A DNA stretch of 64,000 bases from an uncultured Actinomycetota bacterium. GTDB lineage: Bacteria > Actinomycetota > Thermoleophilia > RBG-16-64-13. Numbering within the stretch: position 1 is the first letter of the stretch; each line of letters opens with the position of its first letter. Positions 22,521-31,137 of the stretch are shown here, one piece after another. A model generated the notes under the pieces. The model was not told the DNA's origin. It searched no databases and was given only the letters and a program-made list of their open reading frames with translations. Location of the stretch: NCBI GenBank assembly GCA_963701105.1, contig OY969565.1, positions 1,014,998 to 1,078,997 on the forward strand, written 5' to 3'. A program made the translations under genes and the position numbers.

Positions 22521-23060
22521 ATGAAAAAGTATAAAGTAATGATGGCGTTATTTATTGCATCTGAAGCACTGTTCTTTGTTTCATTAATTGTCTCCTATGT
22601 GTATTATAACCACGGGAATGCATCCTCAACAGCCAAATACCTTGATATACAAAAAACCGGGCTGTTCACGATTGCCCTAATATTAAGCAGCGTAACAGTC
22701 CATATAGCTGGTTCTGAACTTGATAAAGGGAAACGTAAAATCGGATGGTTGATAATTACAATAATTCTTGGATTAATATTTCTCGTTGGCCAGGGTATAG
22801 AGTACGCTCATCTATACAGCTTAAATATAACTTTTAATCAGAATATTTTCGGATCAAGTTTCTTTACGCTTACGGGCTTCCATGGGTTACATGTTCTGCT
22901 CGGACTAATCGTCCTTACAATTATGGCATTTATGATAAATTCCGGAAGCTATCAGAAAGTTGAGTCAAAGGCTTTCAATTCAGCAATAATGTACTGGCAT
23001 TTTGTTGACGGTGTCTGGATAGTAGTTTTTAGTGTTGTTTATTTATGGGCGGTGGCATGA
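22521..23060 (+). CDS. coxC: Cytochrome c oxidase subunit III
   Basis: 179 aa with 5 TM helices. FFTLTGFHGLHVLLGLI and MYWHFVDGVWIVVF are typical of subunit III. Confidence 0.85.
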   Translation: MKKYKVMMALFIASEALFFVSLIVSYVYYNHGNASSTAKYLDIQKTGLFTIALILSSVTVHIAGSELDKGKRKIGWLIITIILGLIFLVGQGIEYAHLYSLNITFNQNIFGSSFFTLTGFHGLHVLLGLIVLTIMAFMINSGSYQKVESKAFNSAIMYWHFVDGVWIVVFSVVYLWAVA

Positions 23061-23881
23061 CTTTAGAAATTCTTTTAAGTAATTACTGGCACTTTAATAT
23101 TCCCTCTGCTGTCATTTTTGCGGTTCTGATTACATTTCATTTTGTAACCAACAGTTACAGATTTACAAAAAAGAGCATCAATTTTTTAATCGGGTTATTT
23201 CTTTTCATTCTGCTTACTTTTTCACCCCTGGAATTCATAGGTCATTATTACTTGTTCAGTGCGCATATGATTGAGCACATTTTGATCTTGCTTGTAATTC
23301 CGCCTCTTCTGCTTACAGGTACTGATAAAGAGTTCCTGCGGCAATTATTTGAAAGACCTGGATTCCGTAAATTTGGAAATTTTTTCTTTCATCCTATAAC
23401 CGCATGGCTTTTTGGTGTGGGTTCAATGTGGATATGGCATGCACCTCTTTTATTTATATCTATGATGCATAACCCTATAGTACATGTAATTGAAATGATT
23501 TCTCTTTTAACCTTCGGGCTTATTTTTGCATGGCCGGTATTCGCACCCATACGGTTTAAGAAATTAAATCCTCTGACAGCATCTTTATTTCTTTTCTCTG
23601 CATGTATTGGATGTACTATACTTGGAATTTTTATCACCTTTGCTCCCTCGGGATTTTATTCAGCATACATGACAGGAAATAATTTATCAATTCTCAATTT
23701 CCTTCAGTATAATATGGGAATAACACCGGATGTAGATCAGCAGGCTGCAGGATTAATTATGTGGGTTCCTGCTTGTCTTATTTATCTAACTCTAATAATG
23801 ATTTTAATGGCGAAGTGGTACAGTAAACCGGCAGAAGAGAGAGAAGATGACTTGCAATCTGACCGTTTTCATTTACCTTAA
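23057..23881 (+). CDS. ctaG: Cytochrome c oxidase assembly factor CtaG (Caa3_CtaG membrane family)
   Basis: Polytopic membrane protein (HMIEHILILLVIPPLLL motif). The start is preferred at ATG 23057, which forms an ATGA overlap with the coxC stop. The ORF track starts 12 nt earlier. Confidence 0.7.
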   Translation: MTLEILLSNYWHFNIPSAVIFAVLITFHFVTNSYRFTKKSINFLIGLFLFILLTFSPLEFIGHYYLFSAHMIEHILILLVIPPLLLTGTDKEFLRQLFERPGFRKFGNFFFHPITAWLFGVGSMWIWHAPLLFISMMHNPIVHVIEMISLLTFGLIFAWPVFAPIRFKKLNPLTASLFLFSACIGCTILGIFITFAPSGFYSAYMTGNNLSILNFLQYNMGITPDVDQQAAGLIMWVPACLIYLTLIMILMAKWYSKPAEEREDDLQSDRFHLP

Positions 23882-23899
23882 TAATGAAGGTGCTTATAT

Positions 23900-24121
23900 A
23901 TGGAAGAAACTAAAATGAAACAAATAGCTGAGGAATATGGTTACGAACTAACACCGGCTGAACCTGAAGAACTTCCCAAACCAACTTTATGGCCCATTGT
24001 TCTGGCTTTCGGACTCATATTTTTCTTTTGGGGCTTTCTGACATCTTTTATTATTTCAGGAGTAGCATTAGTAATAGTTGTTTTTGGATTGATGGGCTGG
24101 ATTAAGGAATTTAAATTATGA
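23900..24121 (+). CDS. Small two-TM protein of the respiratory operon
   Basis: 73 aa with two hydrophobic helices. Its stop overlaps the Rieske gene start (ATGA at 24118). No family recognised. It could be an accessory oxidase or bc subunit. Confidence 0.5.
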   Translation: MEETKMKQIAEEYGYELTPAEPEELPKPTLWPIVLAFGLIFFFWGFLTSFIISGVALVIVVFGLMGWIKEFKL

Positions 24122-24630
24122 AAGCCATATTATCTGAAAAAATAAACAGAAGGAGTTTCCTTACAAAAATTTTATTAGGCTTCAGCGGGTTAATTGCTGC
24201 ACTTGTCTCAATTCCTGTAATAGGTAGTTTGATTGCCCCGCTGGTCCGGTCAACACCCTCAGTATGGAGAAAAATTGGAAATGTATCCGATTTTGAAACA
24301 GGAAAAACGGTAATGGTTAAGTTCAGAAATGCATCACCACTGCCCTGGTCGGGGGAAACTTCCTTAACAGCCAGTTGGCTCCGTAAGAATTCCGATTCGG
24401 ATTTTGTAGCATTTGCAGTTAACTGTGCCCATCTCGGTTGCCCGGTAAGATGGATAGCGGACTCTGAACTTTTTCTATGTCCATGTCACGGCGGTGTTTA
24501 TAATAAGGATGGATCACGGGCAGCTGGTCCTCCGCTGACAGGATTATCTCATTATCAGGTGAGAATACGAAATGGAGAGGTGGAAATACTCACTGGTCCT
24601 GTTCCTATTACAAATCTTGGGAACGGATAG
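24118..24630 (+). CDS. Rieske [2Fe-2S] protein of a cytochrome bc-type complex
   Basis: 170 aa with an N-terminal Tat-like/TM segment (RRSFLTKILLG) and the cluster motifs CAHLGCPVRW and CPCHGGVY. Confidence 0.88.
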   Translation: MKAILSEKINRRSFLTKILLGFSGLIAALVSIPVIGSLIAPLVRSTPSVWRKIGNVSDFETGKTVMVKFRNASPLPWSGETSLTASWLRKNSDSDFVAFAVNCAHLGCPVRWIADSELFLCPCHGGVYNKDGSRAAGPPLTGLSHYQVRIRNGEVEILTGPVPITNLGNG

Positions 24631-24632
24631 TA

Positions 24633-26051
24633 ATGGGTAAAATTAAAAAATTATGGAATTGGATTGATGACAGAACGGGCATTTCAGAAACGCTAGGCCC
24701 GCTGGCTAAACATCTTGTTCCGCCAGGTAGTAAATGGACTTATGTATTCGGCAGCGCTACTTTGTTCGCTTTTATACTGCAGGTAGTAACAGGAGTTGCC
24801 CTTGCTTTAATGTACCAGCCTACCTCAGAAACTGCTTATGAATCATTAAAATATATTTCCAACCAAGCTTTGCTAGGAAATGTGTTGAGAGGCATACACT
24901 ACTTTGGTGCCTCTGCTATGATAATACTGATTGGTATTCATATGATCCGGGTTTTTCTTGTAGCCGCATATAAATATCCTAGGGAAATGAGCTGGCTTAC
25001 GGGAATAGTATTATTCGTCCTTACACTGGGAATGGGTTTTACAGGTCAACTTCTTCGCTGGGATAGTAATGGTATCTGGTCTGCAATAGTTGCTGCAGAA
25101 CAGGCTGGCAGACTTCCCATTATCGGAACTGAGGTTGCACGCTTCTTGCTTGCTGGCGATACAATAGGCGGAGCCACTTTAAGCCGTTTCTTTTCTTTTC
25201 ATGTATTTTTAATACCTGCACTGCTTTTTGGTTTAATTGGATTACACCTGTTTCTCGTAATTCGTAATGGTATTTCAGAACCTCCCAAATCCGGCAGAAA
25301 AGTTGATCCTAAAACCTACAGAAGCTGGTATAAAAATATGCTGGAGAAAGAAGGAGTTCCATTCTGGCCTAACGCTGCCTGGAGGGATATGCTGTTCGGA
25401 CTTGTTGTGGTTGTTATTGTCCTTATTCTTGCTGTCTGGTTTGGAGCACCCAAAATAGGTGCACCCCCTGACCCTTCTAATATCAATTCCAATCCTCGTC
25501 CAGACTGGTATTTCCTCTGGATCTTTGCATTGTTTGCATTGATGCCTCCATCAATTGAGTCGTATGTTATTGCATTCGGGCCGATAATAGTTGGACTGAT
25601 ACTTTTCCTTCTGCCATTAATATTTAATAAAGGTGAACGTAGTCCTGTCCGGCGTCCATGGTCAATTATTATTGTTTTATTTATAGTTACTATGATAGCA
25701 ACTTTATGGAATGTCGGTATTAAAGCTCCCTGGTCACCGCATTTTAATGTAAAACCCTTACCTGCACACATTGTTGGAAACATAGATGACATTTCTAAAC
25801 AGGGTGCAGATCTTTTTTATCATAAAGGCTGTTTGTACTGTCACACAATTTCCGATTATGGTGGTAAGCGCGGACCGGATTTGAGTACTGTTAGTGATCG
25901 GTTGACCCCGGATGAATTAAAAATAAGAATTGTAAACGGAGGAAAATATATGCCTCCTTATGGACCAAGTCTGTCCTCCGATGAATTAAATAAGATTATC
26001 AGTTTCCTAAAAACAAGAAAGACTGAGATAAAACAGATACCTGAAAGATGA
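24633..26051 (+). CDS. Cytochrome b (b6 plus subunit-IV-like part) fused to a C-terminal monoheme cytochrome c
   Basis: 472 aa. Heme-ligand His pairs sit in helices (GIHYFGASAMIILIGIHMIR; FSFHVFLIPALLFGLIGLHL), a PDWYFL motif is present, and the C-terminal CLYCH...YMPPYG is a cytochrome c module. Confidence 0.85.
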   Translation: MGKIKKLWNWIDDRTGISETLGPLAKHLVPPGSKWTYVFGSATLFAFILQVVTGVALALMYQPTSETAYESLKYISNQALLGNVLRGIHYFGASAMIILIGIHMIRVFLVAAYKYPREMSWLTGIVLFVLTLGMGFTGQLLRWDSNGIWSAIVAAEQAGRLPIIGTEVARFLLAGDTIGGATLSRFFSFHVFLIPALLFGLIGLHLFLVIRNGISEPPKSGRKVDPKTYRSWYKNMLEKEGVPFWPNAAWRDMLFGLVVVVIVLILAVWFGAPKIGAPPDPSNINSNPRPDWYFLWIFALFALMPPSIESYVIAFGPIIVGLILFLLPLIFNKGERSPVRRPWSIIIVLFIVTMIATLWNVGIKAPWSPHFNVKPLPAHIVGNIDDISKQGADLFYHKGCLYCHTISDYGGKRGPDLSTVSDRLTPDELKIRIVNGGKYMPPYGPSLSSDELNKIISFLKTRKTEIKQIPER

Positions 26052-26052
26052 G

Positions 26053-26375
26053 CATGATGAACTGTTATCGGGAATAGCTCCGGTTGCATGCAGCAGGCAA
26101 AGTATATTTCAAACCTCATTAATAATAATGTCTCACAGGAAAGAAGAAGACCTTTTCATAAAGGAATGATGGCAACGATAGGTAAAGTCAAAGCAGTTAC
26201 CAGGATAAGAAAATTGAAATTTAAAGGATTTATCGCATGGTTTCTCTGGTCGTTCATACACATCTTTTTTCTGATCACATTCAGAAACAGATTCAGAGTT
26301 TTGGCGGAATGGATATGGTATTATATTACAGGCAGAAGAGGTGTAAGATTGATTACCAGAAAGAAGAACGATTAG
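26053..26375 (+). pseudogene. 3'-terminal fragment of an ndh paralogue
   Basis: Corresponds to about the last 110 codons of ndh. The 5' portion and FAD/NAD domains are missing. A 1-nt deletion (GCAATGCAG to GCATGCAG) and a 9-nt deletion are present. The 95-aa ORF at 26088-26375 is the residual frame. Confidence 0.8.
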
Positions 26376-26503
26376 TTGAATATTATTTTTTTAAGTTATT
26401 TCGAACACATTAAGAATGATTATTACTATTACTTTCAATCAATCCTTGCAACTAATTGAATTTTATTTTAGTAAGTTGTAAACAACATAATAAAGATCTT
26501 TAT

Positions 26504-26725
26504 ATGAGCTTTAGGTCAGTATCCTGGTACTTAATCAAACTATTATTTTCTGCTTATGTGGGATCAGTTGTTGGTTATTTGGTGAAATCTTTGGTCTCTT
26601 CCAGAACAGATTACTTTCTTGATGCTATCTCTCCCGTAATTTTATATAATGAAATTGCCTCAGGAAATGTTATAATTATCTTCTTCGCGATTCTTGGGGC
26701 AGTCATCTTTATTATGTTCAAATAA
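26504..26725 (+). CDS. Small membrane protein (hypothetical)
   Basis: The ORF track starts at TTG 26456. ATG 26504 (MSFRSVSWYLIKLLFSAYVGSVVGYLV...) is more plausible. Two hydrophobic segments are present. Confidence 0.45.
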   Translation: MSFRSVSWYLIKLLFSAYVGSVVGYLVKSLVSSRTDYFLDAISPVILYNEIASGNVIIIFFAILGAVIFIMFK

Positions 26726-26833
26726 TTTCAAGCTAAGTCTATTCTTCCTCCTATATTTAAACTTCAGAACATATTTTTAATAACTGTTCAAAGACACATT
26801 CAGAAAAAATAAAAATATTGCAGTGTGATCTTT

Positions 26834-27382
26834 TCAGATATTAAATACCTGTTTAAGAGTAAACTTAAGTGTATCATTTACAGGAATTAGAAGAAGTGAT
26901 GGTCGCTCGACTTTAAATTCAGTCAGACTAATATTAAAAAATCCGTTAACAATTAATTTATTATCGGACCAATCAGAAACTGCTTTAATAATAATATCTT
27001 TTGTAACACCGTGAAAAGTAAGCTTTCCATACACTTTAAGACTATCGCCGTTTGACCCCACACTTGTACTTAGAAAAGTTGCATTCGGATCTGAGATAGC
27101 ATCAATTACCTCCATGGCGTGTGAGTCCCTGTTCGAATTACCTGAATTGAATGATGCCACGGCTACTTTAACCAGAACATTCTTAATTTCCCTGGTTTTG
27201 GGGTCAGCATAAATTAAACAAAGAGATTCTTTACTTACACCTTCAACTTCGTGAAGCGGATGAGTTAATTTATAGGTTATAAAAGATTCATTTTTAACGG
27301 CTTCATATTTCTGAGGTTGAGCAGTTATAACCGAAGCGGGTATTAATATACTTAAGATTAAAAATACTATGTAAAGTTTCAT
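26834..27382 (-). CDS. YceI-like periplasmic polyisoprenoid-binding family protein
   Basis: 182 aa with a signal peptide. FITYKLTHPLHEVEGVS...FNSGNSNRDSHAMEVID...LTFHGVTKDI is typical of the YceI family. Confidence 0.75.
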   Translation of the reverse strand: MKLYIVFLILSILIPASVITAQPQKYEAVKNESFITYKLTHPLHEVEGVSKESLCLIYADPKTREIKNVLVKVAVASFNSGNSNRDSHAMEVIDAISDPNATFLSTSVGSNGDSLKVYGKLTFHGVTKDIIIKAVSDWSDNKLIVNGFFNISLTEFKVERPSLLLIPVNDTLKFTLKQVFNI

Positions 27383-27395
27383 TTTGTACGCCTTA

Positions 27396-28109
27396 TTAAA
27401 ATGTTACTACAATCATGGCTGATGCAAATACTGCCGTTGTTATATACCCGGCTATCTGGTGGTAATGCGCTTTATCAATATTGAAATGTCTTCGTCCACC
27501 TATCATTGAGCCAAGTATCGGTGTTAGTATCATGCCTGCAACATGAATCCATGCAAGTGTTTTATGCAGTGTAGTGGTACTATTTTCTTCGCGTCTTATT
27601 AATGGAGGCGGTGAGAGAATTGCCAGCAGCCCGGTAAATGAGTATGAAACGATTGTCGCTGCTACTAATGATTGGTGGGTGTCTCCCATCCTCCTGTTTC
27701 CATCAATTACACGCTGACCGAAATAATCAGCGGTGAGCATCAACGCCAGTGTTGCGAAGCCTCCAATCTGGTGAGTTGTTAACATTGCACGCCGGATTTT
27801 GAGTTCGTGTTCCCTTTCCTGCGGGGAAAGCGGACTAACTAAACCTATCTTTCTTGTTAAACCATTTTCTCCCCAAAGAAAATTTTCCATAAAACTTATA
27901 TTTTCAGGCAGTAGTTTTGGTTCTGTTTCAGCCATTAATGAATCTACATTCCCAAAAACAGATTCGGTAGAATCAAAATCGTTTAGAGGAATTAAAGATT
28001 CTGTTACGTCCGAAGATCTCCTGACTAAATAATTCCTGAAAGCCAGAGATTGAGCAGGTAAAAAGGTTGAGGCCGAGAAGAAAATAATAATTATGACAAA
28101 CGATTTCAT
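27396..28109 (-). CDS. Membrane protein with His-bearing TM helices (hypothetical)
   Basis: Start preferred at ATG 28109 (MKSFVIIIIFFSASTFLPAQS signal). The C-terminal half has about 4 TM helices containing conserved-looking His (HQIGGFATLALM, LAWIHVAGMI, YHQIAGYI). It is adjacent to the YceI gene. Confidence 0.5.
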   Translation of the reverse strand: MKSFVIIIIFFSASTFLPAQSLAFRNYLVRRSSDVTESLIPLNDFDSTESVFGNVDSLMAETEPKLLPENISFMENFLWGENGLTRKIGLVSPLSPQEREHELKIRRAMLTTHQIGGFATLALMLTADYFGQRVIDGNRRMGDTHQSLVAATIVSYSFTGLLAILSPPPLIRREENSTTTLHKTLAWIHVAGMILTPILGSMIGGRRHFNIDKAHYHQIAGYITTAVFASAMIVVTF

Positions 28110-28412
28110 AGGAGTATTTAGAAAGCTTTTTGTATCAGGCTGATAAAAAAGAAGAGAACAAAAACACAAAGGGATCTTCATTTTTTCTCCACAAGTGATT
28201 TAAAATAAAAAAAGCAACCTTTGAAATAATTGCTATCAGCCTGGATTTTCCTCGCATAATAACAGGCTTCTAACAAATTTCTATAAACGTTGCTTTCTTA
28301 ATTATTGCCGATTAAAGTATTTCTAAGTTCAATTATTTCCAATACTTAAATAGTTATACTTGATTACTATCACAGGATGAAAAATTAATATCGAATTATC
28401 CTGTCAGCTGTT

Positions 28413-29204
28413 CTAAGTCTTAAGCTTTGCTTTTTTTATCACTATGAAAACTACTGCAATTGAAAGAAGTCCGGATGCCAGCACAAGCATAAGTACAAGC
28501 AAATCATTTCCTTTAGGAATAAAGCTGTAGCAAGTCTGCAAAACTTTTTCGATAGTGGAAGTAACTTCACCATTACCGGCTTTTTTAATAGCAAGTTCAA
28601 AATTAGATCGAAGTATTTTAAAATTGCCGCTCTTCTCATATCCCGGATCAAGGTATTGAACTATTTTTCCTGATCTATCTAAGAATATCAGAACACCCTT
28701 GTGTAAAAAACCTCCATAGCTCCTTTTAAATTCAAACCCTGCTGCGTCAGTCAGAGCATAAATACTGGTACTGTCACCCGTAAGAAAAACCCAGGATGAA
28801 TCGGGAATCTTTCGATCTGCCATTCCTATCATTGCCCGTTTTTTCCCCGCAGCCATTTCAGGAGTTTCATTCTGATCAATACTAATACTGATGATATTGT
28901 AATCTTTTCCGGGTTCATATTTAACCTTGCCAATAACATCCGAAATTTCCAGCATCAGGGGAGTACAAATTCCTGCACACTGGTAATAACAGAAATCAAG
29001 TACAGTTGGTTTGTTAACCAGATCTTTTAAAAATACTCTTTTCCCATCAGAGTTTGTAAAAGCTAAATTTAAAGGAATTTTCCTACCGAGGTGATGTACT
29101 ATTTCTGCCGAATCATAATCAGCATAAGTTGAAGAAATTGAAAAAGAAAGAGTCAGCAGGAAAATGAATGCAAAAAATTTAAATACTTCTAAGTTTGTTC
29201 TCAT
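28413..29204 (-). CDS. SCO1/SenC-family thioredoxin-fold copper chaperone
   Basis: 263 aa with a signal/anchor, a thioredoxin-like core with CAGIC (CxxxC) and a downstream His (FLHKG), and a C-terminal TM helix. Confidence 0.7.
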   Translation of the reverse strand: MRTNLEVFKFFAFIFLLTLSFSISSTYADYDSAEIVHHLGRKIPLNLAFTNSDGKRVFLKDLVNKPTVLDFCYYQCAGICTPLMLEISDVIGKVKYEPGKDYNIISISIDQNETPEMAAGKKRAMIGMADRKIPDSSWVFLTGDSTSIYALTDAAGFEFKRSYGGFLHKGVLIFLDRSGKIVQYLDPGYEKSGNFKILRSNFELAIKKAGNGEVTSTIEKVLQTCYSFIPKGNDLLVLMLVLASGLLSIAVVFIVIKKAKLKT

Positions 29205-29319
29205 AATTTATTTGTTCGTGCTTATTTTTTATTTATTAAGTACCAATTGTTGGAAAATTAATTAACCTCGGATTTAATTATTAAGATGATTGAAAATCCG
29301 ATAAGTTTCAAAAAGTAAT

Positions 29320-29667
29320 TTATTTCAATAATTTTTGCCCGAGTAAATAAACTAAAACATGATGAACAACTGATATTGAAACCAATGCCCAGCACAATAA
29401 CACCTGACCAACAGAAAATAAGGCATATGCCGCCAATCCTGAAATAATAATTTCTTCAGCCAAACGTAAATATTCTGCAATAGTTCCGGCATTCCGGAAG
29501 TCAACAACTCCCCAGATGCCGAATAATAAAAGAGGTGCACTGACTCCAAATAGAATTTTTGCAGTAACATTTTTTCCTGAAGTTATACCCCAGTAAGCAA
29601 ATGCGGCAACAATTCCGGATTCCATTATTCCTCTCAAAGCAATATTAATATTAGATAATAATTTCAA
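29320..29667 (-). CDS. DUF2568/YrdB-like small membrane protein
   Basis: 115 aa with 4 TM helices. AFAYWG...PLLLFGIWGVVDF resembles DUF2568. Confidence 0.5.
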   Translation of the reverse strand: MKLLSNINIALRGIMESGIVAAFAYWGITSGKNVTAKILFGVSAPLLLFGIWGVVDFRNAGTIAEYLRLAEEIIISGLAAYALFSVGQVLLCWALVSISVVHHVLVYLLGQKLLK

Positions 29668-29719
29668 TTCATATTTTCATCTTAATTAAAAATATAATTC
29701 AAGCAATAAAAATATTATT

Positions 29720-31045
29720 TTAGCTTGTACCCGTTTTGGAATCTTTAATATCCGGTTTAATCTTACGGTTCGTTCTGAATTCCCTGTAAATAAATTCAAC
29801 TAGAAATGACAATCCGAACATAACAACTAGTACCCACATATTTTGGGGTGACGTTTTTATAGTTTGAAAGATTAAAAATCCTAATGCTATTAAACAAAAT
29901 ATAATTCCTGTAAGAGGCATCCACCTGTTGGAACCGGTTTTTTTGTGCATTCGATAATTCGCAGCATTAACTGCTGCAAATACCAGGAGGAATCCGGCAC
30001 TACCCATTGTAGATATCCCGCTCAGGTCGAAAAGATTAGCTACAAGTAAAGTTAACACTGCCGTGATCAGAAGACCCTCAATGGGTTTGTTCCATATTTT
30101 ATTTTCCAACCGTGCAGGTAGTTCGCCGTCTTTAGCAATAACAAAACTTACTCTTGCGGCGCCGTACAAAGTTGCATTTATTGCTGAGCCGGTTGAAAGA
30201 ACTGCAGCGACTGCAATTAATGTAAAACCAAAATTTCCCATAAAAGGTTTTGCAGCTTCTGCTAAAGCATAATCTTTTGCCTCAATAATTTTCGGGACAG
30301 CAAGATTTCCAATGGTAACAGCAGCAATAAGCACATAAAGTATAATAACAAAAACTACTGCAGAATAATAAGCTCTTGGCAACGTCTTCTTCGGATTGTT
30401 AACATTACCCGCGGTATTAGCAATCAGTTCAAATCCCTCATATGCCAGAAAAATAATCATTCCCCCGGCAAACAGTTCGAGTGAACTGCTCCAGTTTACC
30501 GGTTTTAAATTCTGAGGGTCGATTGAACTAAACCCTATGCCTACAAATACTAGAAGTATAATTAGTTTAACAGCAACAATATATTCTTCTGCCTCACCCA
30601 CAAACTTAGCCCCGACTACATTCAGAAAAGTAAATAAAATAATTGATCCGCTTATAAGAATATGTTTCCAGATTTCATTTCCGCCAGGAATTAAACTTGC
30701 CCCATAACTGCCGAAAGCAAATGAATAAAGTGAGAGCATAACAATGTAGCTTAACCACAACAGAACATTCATTCCACCAGTAAATAAACCCCCACCATAC
30801 GCCTGGTTTAAAAACTCAACAGTACCTCCCTGGCTGGGGAAGGTTAAAGATAATTTGGTGTAAGAGTATGAAGTTATTAACGCTATAATTCCGGCTAAAA
30901 GGAATGCAACGGGTGTTCCCCCGTGGGCTAATTTTACGGCTAATCCGAGGACGGCAAAAATTCCGCCTCCAACCATCCCCCCGATTCCTATAGCAGTAAC
31001 AGATAAATATCCAATTTTTCCGTCCCCAGTTGAAGATTTGCTCAA
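29720..31045 (-). CDS. APC-family amino acid permease
   Basis: 441 aa with about 12 TM helices and an N-terminal GIGGMVGGGIFAVLG motif typical of the APC superfamily. Confidence 0.8.
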   Translation of the reverse strand: MSKSSTGDGKIGYLSVTAIGIGGMVGGGIFAVLGLAVKLAHGGTPVAFLLAGIIALITSYSYTKLSLTFPSQGGTVEFLNQAYGGGLFTGGMNVLLWLSYIVMLSLYSFAFGSYGASLIPGGNEIWKHILISGSIILFTFLNVVGAKFVGEAEEYIVAVKLIILLVFVGIGFSSIDPQNLKPVNWSSSLELFAGGMIIFLAYEGFELIANTAGNVNNPKKTLPRAYYSAVVFVIILYVLIAAVTIGNLAVPKIIEAKDYALAEAAKPFMGNFGFTLIAVAAVLSTGSAINATLYGAARVSFVIAKDGELPARLENKIWNKPIEGLLITAVLTLLVANLFDLSGISTMGSAGFLLVFAAVNAANYRMHKKTGSNRWMPLTGIIFCLIALGFLIFQTIKTSPQNMWVLVVMFGLSFLVEFIYREFRTNRKIKPDIKDSKTGTS

Positions 31046-31137
31046 GAGTTTTCCATGTCAATTATTATTTTTAATAATTTTTATTTTAATCAAAAACTAT
31101 TTCTATACCTGTGATTGAATCAACATTTAGGATTATA

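Larger units (their letters stand above)
26044..26725 (+). repeat. Direct repeat copy 2 (ndh 3' fragment, spacer and intact small ORF)
   Basis: Homology with 18930-19697 begins at AAAGATGA, which contains the cytochrome b stop codon (26049-26051). Confidence 0.85.

Noticed and set aside
26088-26375. 95-aa ORF as an independent functional gene
   Set aside because: It is colinear with the last quarter of ndh, lacks all cofactor-binding domains, and its ATG is created by a 1-nt deletion. It is treated as a gene fragment. Expression is not excluded (see finding).
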